Assembly (NCBI GenBank): GCA_032718475.1
Contig: JAUCBJ010004405.1
Location: 1-64,000 of the forward strand
DNA: 64,000 nucleotides
Direction of reading: 5' to 3'
From: Nemertoderma westbladi
Taxonomy: Eukaryota; Animalia; Xenacoelomorpha
A program made the translations under genes and the position numbers. Shown one piece after another: positions 1-10,399 of this stretch. Position 1 is the stretch's first letter. Each line of letters begins with the position of its first letter. The notes beneath the pieces are model-generated. The model was not told the origin of the DNA and made no database searches. It worked only from the letters and a program-made list of their open reading frames with translations.

Positions 1-283
1 GTAAAACCTTGCCTGTAATCAATAATTAATTAAAAGTTTGGTTGTTTTGCTAGGTTAACATGGGCAGCCTATCCCAGTACATGATTTCCCATCTCCTCAA
101 CCAGGGGAACTACTATATAGTTTAAACTATGTAAGCTATTTATAACAGCCAATAGAAAGCCGGGTTTTTCCTACCATCCACCTAAGCAAGCTACTCCCTT
201 CCTCACCTCCACGCTACTCGCGACCTTAGCTCTAGCCTACTCTCAACCTTAGATTTACCACAGTCCTTAGGTATTCTGCCTGA

Positions 284-423
284 TACTGAACCACTTGAAT
301 AATCATCGTACAAATAGATATAGTAAATACAAATGAGGACTTAATGTAATCTTTATAGCAAAGTTAATTCGAACAAAATAAAATTTTGAAAATCCACGGC
401 ATTTATGAGAATATAATTCTATA
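284..423 (-). repeat. 3' LTR remnant (U3 end) of element 1, interrupted at 283 by unrelated sequence
   Basis: Matches 15976-16115. Followed on the plus strand by ccgctcc, the same PPT seen next to the element 3 LTR at 58147. Confidence 0.85.
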
Positions 424-2272
424 CCGCTCCATGAAAACAGGATATTATCGTGCATAAAATATACGGTTTTCACCAATAATAAATCAAATTATGGAATACT
501 TGGGACGTACTTACATATTTACAAATTAAATCTCAACAATAATACCTCTACATAATAATTCGATACAAAAATAATTACAAATTCAAACTTTATGTATTTA
601 AGGCTTTATTAAGTAAGTACAATATAAATCTAAATTAAATTCACCAAAATAAATCTATTGCATCTCAAATATTGCATAAATTCAAACAATCACAAATACT
701 AATACTACTTAAATATAAAACAAATTGCATAAGTTCGGATAATTTCAAATGAAATCACAAGAAAGGCTCACAAGTCTTCCGTCTGCTCTTGCCTTCTATT
801 TACTGTGAATACAAATACTGCTTCTTTATAAAATATAAATTGCATAATATTCGAAACAATAAATTGCGTAAGTTTGGAATGACTACAAATATAGCACTTA
901 CTAAATATAAACTGCATAAGTTTAGAACAATACTGCATAAGTTTAGAATAATATAAACTCCTTTTACATCTCAAATATGAAATATAAATCTTTCAAATAT
1001 AAATTCCTTCTAAATATAAACTTTCTAAATTTCAAATTGGAACAATACAAATACATCGCTTGTGTCCTTCTGGGCTCCTCCCCGAGGCGCACCCACGAGG
1101 CGGACACCTTTCCACCACCCCTGGGGCCAGTCCGACTGCTTGTTATTATCAGACCGGGCCGGAGGGTGGCCTGATGCTTCCCGGGTTCAATTTTCAATTC
1201 CCCGATCATACCAGCACAGCTCGTCGAACGTGTAGCCAGATGGTCGGCTACTGTCAACTTACTGTGGCCTGACTGTACATCGAGCCAACTCAAAGTATAA
1301 CAAAGAGTCAACCGGCAGTTGGACCAGTCGATAGCGATCGAGCACCAAGGTCGCCCTTGGGCCTAACCGACGGTCTTGTCCCATGTGGGCTTGCGCTACC
1401 CAACAGGGAATTTTGACTCGTTTTCACCTGCCTCGCCGGCAGTATCAAAAAACAATACTGTCTGTAGCTCAAAAGCTACTGAACAAGTAACCACTTACCA
1501 GTCACTGTACACGTGTACTCAACAGATGTTCACAAATCAAGTACACAAACTGGACACATACCATACACACACAGAAGACAAAATCGGGAAAGACAAAATC
1601 GGGGTCAAAGTCAGAGGGGACAAAATTGTATCGACTGACAGGCTAATCGAGAGTACCTTATTTTACCGACAGGGTAAAATAACTTTGTGTGCACAAAGTA
1701 TGCTCGGGGCGCAGTAAAGATATGGTCCTACTAATACCAGCGGCGTCTGGACCAACTGGCAAGGGTTCCCATACTTACTCGCAGTGGCCACACATACAAT
1801 CACGTGTACTCACGTACCTACAGCGACAGAAAGCTTAAAGACCCAAACAAATCCGCTGAATACCGCCAATCAGCTGAACATGGAGAAAATAACATATAGT
1901 ATCAAAAAAACGGAACAGCTGATGGCCAAAGGAACCCATCCAAGCCCCAAGCAAACTGCCACTGGTTGCTCACATACAAAACATAGTTCACGCCACATGA
2001 GCCACAAATCACGCCATGCCACCACCCCTACTGTGTACAGGACTGGCAGTACGGCAACAGGCCGACTAGATGGTACCACGGCACCATGGCAATTCATGGT
2101 TCGTTAAACACGAGGGCCTTCAGTGACTCCCTAGCACTATAGTTCTGATTTAACGTGCCCCCAGACCCTCACGAGTCCGCCGCCGCCTGTTAAACTCACC
2201 CCTATAGAGACCTCACCTCTTTGGGTAAGTTTAGAACAATGTAAATTGCATAAATTTAGAATAATATAAATT

Positions 2273-2390
2273 GCATAAACAATTCAATTACATAAACAAT
2301 TCAATTTACATAAACAATTCAATTTACATAAACAATTCAATTTACATAAACAATTCAATTTACATAAACAATTCAATTTACATAAACAAT
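2273..2390. repeat. 18-bp tandem repeat (AATTCAATTTACATAAAC) x~6 in the 3' region of element 1
   Basis: Directly visible tandem units. Confidence 0.9.
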
Positions 2391-2465
2391 ACATAAATCA
2401 ATACATAAAACAAACAATTCATAAGAAAGGCTCACGAGTCTTCCGTCCACTCCTTCCTTCCCGCT

Positions 2466-2867
2466 TTAACGCTTAGCGGATCGAGCCCTGCCGCGTCCTC
2501 GAAAACTGCGTATCGGTGATTTAGCTCGTGATATGGGACTTGTGGGGCGAGCCACTGGTTTACTTTGGACGTTGGGAGATGGTACGACCATTTCCTCACA
2601 TATTCGTCTCTTAGTTATCCCAAGTCCTCGTCCAATTCCTCGTGACCGATCGGTTGTATCTACCGCTGGTAAAACGTCTGGGAACGTGCGAGAAGCGGAC
2701 GACGCAGACCCAAGAGAAGCTTGCGCCCCCTTTTGATCAGCTGGTATATGTCCCGATCCTCCTTGCGGTTCTCTGGGAAGCGAAACCGTATCCCGAGTAA
2801 TTCGAATAGTCGGTTCACTACCCTTTCTTTCTTCAATATTTATAGTTTTCTTTAGTTGTTGGCTCAC
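2466..2867 (-). CDS. Accessory ORF of element 1, C-terminal segment (basic, R/S/P-rich tail)
   Basis: Open frame. The 2868-3020 gap reads as protein (KMFNRITYGEFDRFR...RIRQNRIIRVQKVSQQ) if frameshifts are allowed. Confidence 0.5.
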   Translation of the reverse strand: MSQQLKKTINIEERKGSEPTIRITRDTVSLPREPQGGSGHIPADQKGAQASLGSASSASRTFPDVLPAVDTTDRSRGIGRGLGITKRRICEEMVVPSPNVQSKPVARPTSPISRAKSPIRSFRGRGRARSAKR

Positions 2868-3020
2868 TTTCTGAACCCTTATAATCCTGTTCTGTCGAAT
2901 ACGCTCGCTCGTATGCGTTTATGGTAGAAGGCGGCTCGGTACGCCCATGCGACGGTTAACCAAGCTCCCTTATTTCGCTTTTCCGTTCGGAAACGATCAA
3001 ATTCACCATATGTGATACGA

Positions 3021-3602
3021 TTAAACATTTTGGGCAAAGTTTATTCTTTCGAAAATTTTTGGTGTCATCTCCTTAGCTGAAGTATAATCGTGTGACGTCC
3101 AATGGTGAGGTAGGCTCGCGAGTCTTCCGCCCCATTCTTCCATCTCTCCTTCCTCGAAAGCCTTATAGGCTCTGTATAGGCTAAGAGCTTCTTTCTTTTC
3201 GCGGGTTGACTGAGTCACCTCTTCCAGCGTAAGTTCAAATGCATCGGGTTCAACAATCTTAGGTGGACAAACGACAATTTCTCCCGCCTTTGGTCCACAC
3301 ATAGCAAATGAATGATATGGATTCGATAAAGGATACCCTCCTTCCTGGTAGCGTAGTTGTTGATGGTTCGAACACCTCGCCAATATCGGTTCGGGATTTT
3401 CCTTATTCAAACGCATCGGAATCGTATTTCGTTGTTCGCGCATACAAGCACCACATTGATAATAAAGTTTATAAACTGAAAATGCTTCCTTTGTTTCTCT
3501 ATCGTCCCCTCGAGTTCGTCTGTAAAGATGCATTCCATCGAATTCATCGCGTACCGCAGGCATAGGTTCATGCGCCTTCAGGTATTGCATGGTATGATAC
3601 AA
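3021..3602 (-). CDS. Accessory ORF of element 1, central segment with putative Zn-binding C-x2-C-x23-C-x2-H domain
   Basis: MQYLKAHEPMPAV...YYQCGAC...RCSNHQQLRY aligns with the 58618-59748 ORF of element 3. Confidence 0.75.
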   Translation of the reverse strand: MYHTMQYLKAHEPMPAVRDEFDGMHLYRRTRGDDRETKEAFSVYKLYYQCGACMREQRNTIPMRLNKENPEPILARCSNHQQLRYQEGGYPLSNPYHSFAMCGPKAGEIVVCPPKIVEPDAFELTLEEVTQSTREKKEALSLYRAYKAFEEGEMEEWGGRLASLPHHWTSHDYTSAKEMTPKIFERINFAQNV

Positions 3603-3898
3603 ACGACTAATTTCGGTATCGGGTCTTCGCTAATATCTCCCGTATCACATAAGGCGTCGTACGGGTAAAGTTCATTGAAGGTTTTGCGTAAACTTTCGAT
3701 TCTTTCATTTAACGCATTTTGCCTTCTCTTTAATACGTTCGAGCCATATTTAGTCTTTGCGAGTTTCGCTGTACTTTCTGATAATTCCTTTATACCAAAT
3801 ATGGTGTAGTCTTTAGCTCCAAATCGTTCGAATGGCGCTGCTGCTTCCTCTTGGATATCATATCCCCATCTCGGCTCTCCATGTATCCCCTTCGCCAT
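3578..3898 (-). CDS. Accessory ORF of element 1, N-terminal segment (MAKGIHGEPRW...)
   Basis: ATG at 3898 in ataATGG context, just after a canonical splice acceptor. Overlaps the next segment (frameshift near 3605). Confidence 0.6.
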   Translation of the reverse strand: MAKGIHGEPRWGYDIQEEAAAPFERFGAKDYTIFGIKELSESTAKLAKTKYGSNVLKRRQNALNERIESLRKTFNELYPYDALCDTGDISEDPIPKLVVCIIPCNT

Positions 3899-4561
3899 TA
3901 TTTGAAGTATGGTTACATAATCATTGCTACTAGAGGGAATACAACAGAGTTTATTGTTAGTTGTGAGGAGATGTGAGAGTTTTCGTCTGCCCTTTTGGCT
4001 CGACAACGCTCTAAACTCCTACCCATAGCCTAAGATCTAGGGTTTCTTTAATGACACGCTGTTTCTTATCTAAAATTTTTGCCGAAATAAAAACGAATTT
4101 GGGCTAAACTGGCTGTGAGTCTAAAATACTCACTTTTTGATCCCAAACTATTATCAGAAAATAAGCAATCAAGAGTTAGTAATAAATATAGGGAAGTCTA
4201 TTATTCAACGTAACTTATTGAAACAAGACCGTGTAAATTTTATTAAAATTTAAGAAAGGCTCGCGAGTCTTCCTTTCTCTTGTTTCTCTAATTTTAAGTT
4301 CCACCCGACTGTACCCTGAAATCTATTCACTGGAGAAAATTTTAAAAAATTTTTCAAATCCAAATTGGATTGTCTAAAATGTCGAAAATGTCTCAATATT
4401 GTGAGTTCCAAGTAGAATTCCATTTCTTATACCTACAAATCCCGCTCCTATGTGACACATAAGGGTACTACCCTTAATGTTCACATATAAAGACAATGGA
4501 ATTCTACCGCTGTCCTTACTACGGTGTACAGGTACGTGGAAATCTATTTGTAAACTCCTTA

Positions 4562-5143
4562 CTATTTACTAACATTTGTTGGAGACTTGTAATCTCCAGA
4601 CTTGTGTCGCGTCTCTTCAAGAAGTACGAGACGTTGAGTCGGTCTGTCTACTGTACGACCGTCAATTGTCCGTACAGTCACAGTTCTTGTCACTCCATCC
4701 ATAGATGGATGTGTGTCTAAAATTACACCTGTTATCCAGAAGCGTCTTTTTAGATTCACTTCTGCCAACAGCACGTGATCTCCCGGCTTTAAAGCGCGAG
4801 TATTGTTGTACCAAGTTGTTCTGGCAGAAATAGAGGGCAAATAATGGTTTTGCCATATTTCCCAGAATTTGTTAGCCAGTAGTTGCGTGATTTTCCACGC
4901 TTTTCTACCGTAACTATCGCCTTCTATTGGAATAGAAATAGGCGTTAATGTAGTCGGTGCCTGCATCAGCAGGTGTGCCGGTGTCAAAGCAAACTGGGAT
5001 TGTTTGTCATCGGGTACTAATACTATTGGTCTAGTATTTAGTATTGCCTCGATTTCAACAAACAGTGTTGTCAGTTGGTCGTTTGTCAAAATGTGGTTTA
5101 CTGGAATTACTTTTGCCATGGCTGTTTTTATAGACCTAATCAA
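4562..5143 (-). CDS. pol: Element 1 pol: integrase C-terminal part (frameshifted fragment)
   Basis: IEAILNTRP, LTPAHLL, FWEIWQNHYL, DGVTRTV and RPTQRLVLL motifs typical of BEL integrase. Confidence 0.9.
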   Translation of the reverse strand: MIRSIKTAMAKVIPVNHILTNDQLTTLFVEIEAILNTRPIVLVPDDKQSQFALTPAHLLMQAPTTLTPISIPIEGDSYGRKAWKITQLLANKFWEIWQNHYLPSISARTTWYNNTRALKPGDHVLLAEVNLKRRFWITGVILDTHPSMDGVTRTVTVRTIDGRTVDRPTQRLVLLEETRHKSGDYKSPTNVSK

Positions 5144-7461
5144 TCTCTCCCAGACTCCGCCTCTCCATGGACTATCTGGAGGATTAAACTTCCAAACAAT
5201 CTTGTAAGGACGTAGTTCGTTTGAGATTGATCATGATCTAATTTCTTAAAGGCTCTAGCAATTTCATTTCGAGCACCAACAAAGTTTGTACCTTGGTCTG
5301 AGTACAAGCATTTTACTAGTCCACGTCTAGCGATAAATCGCCGCAATGCTAGTATAAAGGCGTTGGTGGAAAGATCCATCACACGTTCAATATGGACTGC
5401 CCTACTGGATATGCATGTGAAAATCAGTCCCCAGCGTTTCACTAATATACGTCCACGTTTCGTATGTATGGGACCAAAGCAGTCAATTCCAGTCTCTGTG
5501 AAAGGTGGTCTGAATGCCTGTAGTCGTGCTTGTGGAAGTTCACTCATTTCTTGGGTACTTATTCTAGAATGTACCTTTTTACAAATAATACACATACGCG
5601 TCACTGAACTTAGCGCTTTACTGGGTCTAATTAATACAAATCTTGTACGTAAGTAGGAAAGACAGTGGTGTCTTCCAGCGTGTTTCAGATGTAAATGTGC
5701 GTCCAGTATCATTGCACGTTGTAATTCGTGATGTTGCGGTATTATTATTGGGTACCTAAAATCAGTATTAAAGTCAATGTTTTGAAGCCGAGATTTATGA
5801 CAAATTAAGCCATTATAAATTATCGGACTCCAACTCAATATTGGTGACGACTTGATTGGTTGACCTTGACTTATAGATGTGAATTCGCGTGCGAAATATC
5901 GCAATTGGTAATGGCGAATTAATTTAATTTCACATCTGTCAATCTCAGTCAATGTGAGTCGACGTGTAAAGTCGCGTTTGCCTTTAACGTACTGTACAAA
6001 ACGTACGATCCACGCTAATTTTCGGCACGTGTTTGTCCAAGAATCTGTCAAATTTACAATACGGTCGACGTAAGTATTTATGACGTCATCAGGTAAGTCA
6101 ATGGAGAATTTGGAAGGTTTTGTTTTACTAGATGGGCCCACGAGTCCGCCGGTAAGTATTCCCTTGTTGACTGTTGATCCGTCCGGGTCTACAAGTAATT
6201 TGTCCTTCTTCGTCTTCTTACCTTGATTGTCATTACTTTGTGTGTTGATTCGTAATGGTGGTTTTAACTCTATGGGATCGCTGGGTTTCGGTAAATTTGT
6301 TTTTCTGCCGATATTAATCCCAGGTCTCATCGTAGGTTGTAAGGTTGGTATGTCTCTTGAGCGTAAAGTAACACCTGTATTTACATTAGCGTAGGTACTA
6401 CCCACATCTGTAATACATGAGGTTTCACTGTACTTATGGTTACTCAAGGGTGTCAAATCTGGTAGTTTGTCAATAGAAGGCCGCTCCAATAGGGAAACTG
6501 CGGCTTTACTATGTGTCGCTACGTTACTAATGTCTTGTAGAACATCTTGTGAAATGTCTGGTAAAAGGTTTCGCGGAACATCCGGCGAAACGTCTAGTGA
6601 AATGTCTGGCAAAATGTCTGGTTGACCGTCTAGTAACGTGTCTGGTTGACCGTCTGGCGATACGTCTGGTAACATGTCTGGTTGACTGTCTGGCGATACG
6701 TCTGGTTGAGAAAGGCTCGCAAGTCTTCCTGCCCTAACTTTGTGAGTTATATTCTTCCATTTCGCCTTTGGTTTCTTCTTAAGTTTCGCCGTTGTCTTTT
6801 TCTTTGCTTTACCTTTCTTTGGTTTTTTAATTTCGGCGTCCTTAGGATTAGTATTAGACTTGTTATCGTATAGTGGCGGCCAATGTTGTGTTGCTCTTTG
6901 TAAGAATTGTGGTCCGTGTTGCCAAAATTCCTTGTTTTCCGGTTTACAGAATTCCTCAGGCATCATTCCTCGCGACGCAATATCAGCTGGATTTTGTGGT
7001 CCGGGACAATGTCGCCAATCTTCCTTTATTGAACGGTCTAGAATTTCTGCACGACGGTTAGCTACGAATGTCTTGAATTCAAGTGTGTCGTTGTTTATAT
7101 AAAATAAAACTAACGTCGCGTCAGTCCAATAAAATATCTGTAAACTTGACTGTAGTTCAGTCTGTATGAGGTTTACAATTGTCGTTGACAGAGTTGCGGC
7201 TTGTAGCTGTGCGCGTGGTGTCGTCATGTACTTAGTAGGCATTGTTTTAGCCTTAGAAGTAATGAGCGAAACATCAAACTCATCTGAGTCTACTTGTCTG
7301 CGCAAATACGCTGTCACACCAAAGCCGTTGTCACTGGCATCGGAAAAACAATGTAATTCTAAGTTGTCAGGAAATGTCGTCTGTAATGGAAAGTACACCC
7401 AGGGTATGGAATAATCCTCTAGCGAAGATAATTGCGCCTCCCAAGTCTTCCATAAGTCCAC
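5140..7461 (-). CDS. pol: Element 1 pol: RNase H, long low-complexity linker, integrase HHCC and catalytic core (fragment)
   Basis: LHCFSDAS, YWTDA, NPADIASRG, H-x4-H...C-x2-C, IDCFGP, SDQGTNF. Confidence 0.92.
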   Translation of the reverse strand: MDLWKTWEAQLSSLEDYSIPWVYFPLQTTFPDNLELHCFSDASDNGFGVTAYLRRQVDSDEFDVSLITSKAKTMPTKYMTTPRAQLQAATLSTTIVNLIQTELQSSLQIFYWTDATLVLFYINNDTLEFKTFVANRRAEILDRSIKEDWRHCPGPQNPADIASRGMMPEEFCKPENKEFWQHGPQFLQRATQHWPPLYDNKSNTNPKDAEIKKPKKGKAKKKTTAKLKKKPKAKWKNITHKVRAGRLASLSQPDVSPDSQPDMLPDVSPDGQPDTLLDGQPDILPDISLDVSPDVPRNLLPDISQDVLQDISNVATHSKAAVSLLERPSIDKLPDLTPLSNHKYSETSCITDVGSTYANVNTGVTLRSRDIPTLQPTMRPGINIGRKTNLPKPSDPIELKPPLRINTQSNDNQGKKTKKDKLLVDPDGSTVNKGILTGGLVGPSSKTKPSKFSIDLPDDVINTYVDRIVNLTDSWTNTCRKLAWIVRFVQYVKGKRDFTRRLTLTEIDRCEIKLIRHYQLRYFAREFTSISQGQPIKSSPILSWSPIIYNGLICHKSRLQNIDFNTDFRYPIIIPQHHELQRAMILDAHLHLKHAGRHHCLSYLRTRFVLIRPSKALSSVTRMCIICKKVHSRISTQEMSELPQARLQAFRPPFTETGIDCFGPIHTKRGRILVKRWGLIFTCISSRAVHIERVMDLSTNAFILALRRFIARRGLVKCLYSDQGTNFVGARNEIARAFKKLDHDQSQTNYVLTRLFGSLILQIVHGEAESGRD

Positions 7462-8216
7462 TTGTTCAGATGAGATCGGTTCGTCAGTCCATCTTTCCAG
7501 ATACTGCGCATATATATTCTTGCTTGCAGTATTATTGGGCTGATGAAACCTAATGGATCGAACAGTCTACTTAGTTTCGACAAGCAAGACCTCTTTGTCA
7601 GAGAATCCCCTTCAGCGTCCAGTTTTACTTTCACTCGAAAGTTGTCTGTGTTCGGGTCCCAAAATAGTCCCAACACCTTGGTCGTCGGCAGTGGTTCGAA
7701 CTCTAAGTCAATGTTACCACCCCCACGTTCAGTCGTTTCGAATGAATTTACTAATTCGGCACTGTTTGAGGCAAACTTGGTGAGGTTAAAACCTCCGCCT
7801 GCTAAACAGTCCCGTAATTGATGTGCTACTGTTATAGCACGTTCTACTGTGTCACAACTTTGTAATCCATCGTCCACATAAAAGTCTCGTTCTATGATTT
7901 GGATTACCTCTGGGTCATATTTATGTTTCTGATCCCTAGCGGTTTGCTTAAGGGCGTACATAGTACAGTTTGGGCTGTCCCTGGCACCGAAAACGCGAAC
8001 TTGCATTTGGTAAGTCGCCGGTGGTTGACTTAAGTCTCCATCCGGGTACCAGAGGAACCTCAAACTGTCTCTGTCTCGCTCTAACGCTCGCACTTGGTGA
8101 AACATCGCTTCTACGTCACAAGTAAATGCTACTTGGCGCTGACGGAAGCGCATAATCACCCCCATGAGATAATTATTCATGTTTGGTCCATCCATCAACT
8201 CACTATTGAGAGACAT
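7419..8216 (-). CDS. pol: Element 1 pol: reverse transcriptase (fragment)
   Basis: CDVEAMFHQV, LRFLW, FGARDSP, FYVDD, FDPLGF. Confidence 0.93.
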   Translation of the reverse strand: MSLNSELMDGPNMNNYLMGVIMRFRQRQVAFTCDVEAMFHQVRALERDRDSLRFLWYPDGDLSQPPATYQMQVRVFGARDSPNCTMYALKQTARDQKHKYDPEVIQIIERDFYVDDGLQSCDTVERAITVAHQLRDCLAGGGFNLTKFASNSAELVNSFETTERGGGNIDLEFEPLPTTKVLGLFWDPNTDNFRVKVKLDAEGDSLTKRSCLSKLSRLFDPLGFISPIILQARIYMRSIWKDGLTNRSHLNKWTYGRLGRRNYLR

Positions 8217-8276
8217 TCCCTCAAACAGAGCCGCGCAGTCATTGACTACACGTACTTTGTCTGGTTTGTCGGGGTG

Positions 8277-10232
8277 TCACACGTAGTGATGTGGCAAGTA
8301 GTATATCTGGTCAGTCACAATCTCTGGGTTTGTCATTCTGATAGCATATCCTTTCGTCAAATACGTCTCCATCTGAGTATTGTACTGCAGATGGGCTTTC
8401 TCGTCCTTTAATAAACGTTGTTGTATTGAGTGTAGACGTCTTAAAGCTAGCGGATAATTATTTGTAAGTTTAGGACGTTGGTTACGCCATAGCATCCCTA
8501 CCTCATAAAGTCCGTCTTTCGTCCGGCGGATAGTATCTTCCATGATCTTTAAAGATTGTTTCTCTTGTTCTGACATACATGGTTCGTAACTACCGGGTTC
8601 GGCTGTATCTTGTTCTAACCACCTGATAGTTTTCTCTGTTAATTCCTTGTCCAGTGCAGCTTGTTCCACTTGATGATTTCTTAACGCGTCTTCATCGACG
8701 GGCGTTGTTGAGGTTATTGGTTGAGGTAGACTCACAAGCCTTCCGGCGTTATCATCTATCGTTGATGGAACCTCTGCCTGACTCCGCTCCTTCTCAATCT
8801 TTACACTAAACTGGTGGATTGGCTGCTCTTTGTGACTTATTGTACTCGCTACACACGTCGTACTTGTAACGTTGTTGTGTTTTGTCGAACGTAGTGTAGT
8901 ATGGTCCTTGTTGTGTGAAAAGGAATGAGTCGAAGTTGTAGTTAATAAACTACATGTACTTTGTACATCGTCTTCCTCATCACTTATATCTAGTGTGCGC
9001 ACAGGCGCTCGAGTATACCAACCCATCGGAGTTCGACAGGCGTATGCATTTCCTGCTACGACTACCGATGGTCTGGTTTCCCACACTTGATGTAAATTGA
9101 ATTGATCTGTCCCGATCAGCATTGCTACTGATCTATAGTTGACAGGACATTCAGGTACACCAAGGTGTCTGAAATACTTACGGTCCTCTAAGGATTGTTC
9201 CGGCACTGGACCCAGTAGGTTACTAAAGTCCTTGGTGGCCGCAAAAGTCAAATCCCTAAAGGGTAACAAAGACCTCTCCTTTTCGCTGTGTTGCGATTTC
9301 GGAAGAAGAGTGTCTAAGTTTAACTTAACTCGTGTCACTGGTATTGCACGTTGTCCATGCATACTACTTACGGTGTAACTGACGTTCTTACCTTGTCGGA
9401 GATCCGTCACGACATCAGCTACCTTCTCATCCACATAGCTGTGAGATGAGGCTGAATCCAGAATAGCGTAGATCCTTTTGCTCCCTTTGGTGCCAGTAAT
9501 CTTAATAGGAATTACGCTAAAACCTTTTAGTTGGTCAGTCGTCAGAAGCGCGATCGATGGTTGTTCGTCTCCAACTGAGTATACGTCGTCGTCCTCGGTT
9601 TCTTCATCAGAAGACCCGGATTGCTCTGGGAAACAATCCCGAATATGCGTCACAAAAGTTGGTGTTGTTCTCGATTCTCGATTCTTATATGCCGTGTTAC
9701 ATTTCGCTGCTGCTTCCGGGTGTTCCCTTGTGAAGCGTTTGGTCGGCGTATGGCTGTCCGTATGGAGCAAACCGTCGTGGTTGCGTCCACAGGATGGACA
9801 AGTGTCCATGTTTGGACAATCTTTGCGGACGTGTCCGTGTTGAGTACACCGCCAACAAGAGTCCAATGGCCGTATCTGCAGCCGTCGTTCTTCCGAGTTT
9901 AACTCGCGAAACAACCGACAACCTCTTAACTTGTGAGTGGTGTGCCGCTTGCCTAGCTGCTCGCAGTATTGGCAACCGCTAAAGTCTGCACTCAGTTGTT
10001 GTCTGCTCTGTTTGATCCCAATAGGTGTGGATACTCTACTACCGTCCGAAAATTGTCGGGTTTCTGTCGATGTGGCGTAAGTGGCCGTCTTGGTGGATGT
10101 TGTCTGGGGTTTTTGTCGGTTTGAGGATGGTAAGGTGATTCCTTCTGCTACGATGTGTTGGTCAGTGTAGTTGGATCGAGTCTCCACTACCGCTTCCCTG
10201 GATATTAATAGGTATACATCCTCTAGTTTCAA
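8277..10232 (-). CDS. gag-pol: Element 1 gag C-terminus (three Zn knuckles), aspartic protease and start of RT (fragment)
   Basis: CQYC..H..C, CWRC.QHGH...C, CPSC.RNH..LLH; protease AILDSAS; YYLPHH. Confidence 0.9.
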   Translation of the reverse strand: MKLEDVYLLISREAVVETRSNYTDQHIVAEGITLPSSNRQKPQTTSTKTATYATSTETRQFSDGSRVSTPIGIKQSRQQLSADFSGCQYCEQLGKRHTTHKLRGCRLFRELNSEERRLQIRPLDSCWRCTQHGHVRKDCPNMDTCPSCGRNHDGLLHTDSHTPTKRFTREHPEAAAKCNTAYKNRESRTTPTFVTHIRDCFPEQSGSSDEETEDDDVYSVGDEQPSIALLTTDQLKGFSVIPIKITGTKGSKRIYAILDSASSHSYVDEKVADVVTDLRQGKNVSYTVSSMHGQRAIPVTRVKLNLDTLLPKSQHSEKERSLLPFRDLTFAATKDFSNLLGPVPEQSLEDRKYFRHLGVPECPVNYRSVAMLIGTDQFNLHQVWETRPSVVVAGNAYACRTPMGWYTRAPVRTLDISDEEDDVQSTCSLLTTTSTHSFSHNKDHTTLRSTKHNNVTSTTCVASTISHKEQPIHQFSVKIEKERSQAEVPSTIDDNAGRLVSLPQPITSTTPVDEDALRNHQVEQAALDKELTEKTIRWLEQDTAEPGSYEPCMSEQEKQSLKIMEDTIRRTKDGLYEVGMLWRNQRPKLTNNYPLALRRLHSIQQRLLKDEKAHLQYNTQMETYLTKGYAIRMTNPEIVTDQIYYLPHHYV

Positions 10233-10399
10233 GAATCCACCCCGTTCTTCGCGCTGGTATTCGATCTTCCTCCACTCCCGACGAAGTCGATGGTGGAGTC
10301 TTCCTATGATCTTTAATAGGACTGTAGGGGTGTTCCCGTAATCGAGTTATCCAATAGATCTCAATGTAGTGATAGCGTTTTTTATTTCGTCAGCTAGCT

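Noticed and set aside
1-283. End of a further LTR inserted in the 3' LTR of element 1
   Set aside because: Has CCAAT/TATA-like words but no partner copy or clear terminus in the window; left unassigned.
1060-1440. Hammerhead or HDV ribozyme in the GC-rich 3' segment
   Set aside because: CTGATGC at 1171 lacks the CUGANGA core, and I could not build the required stems.
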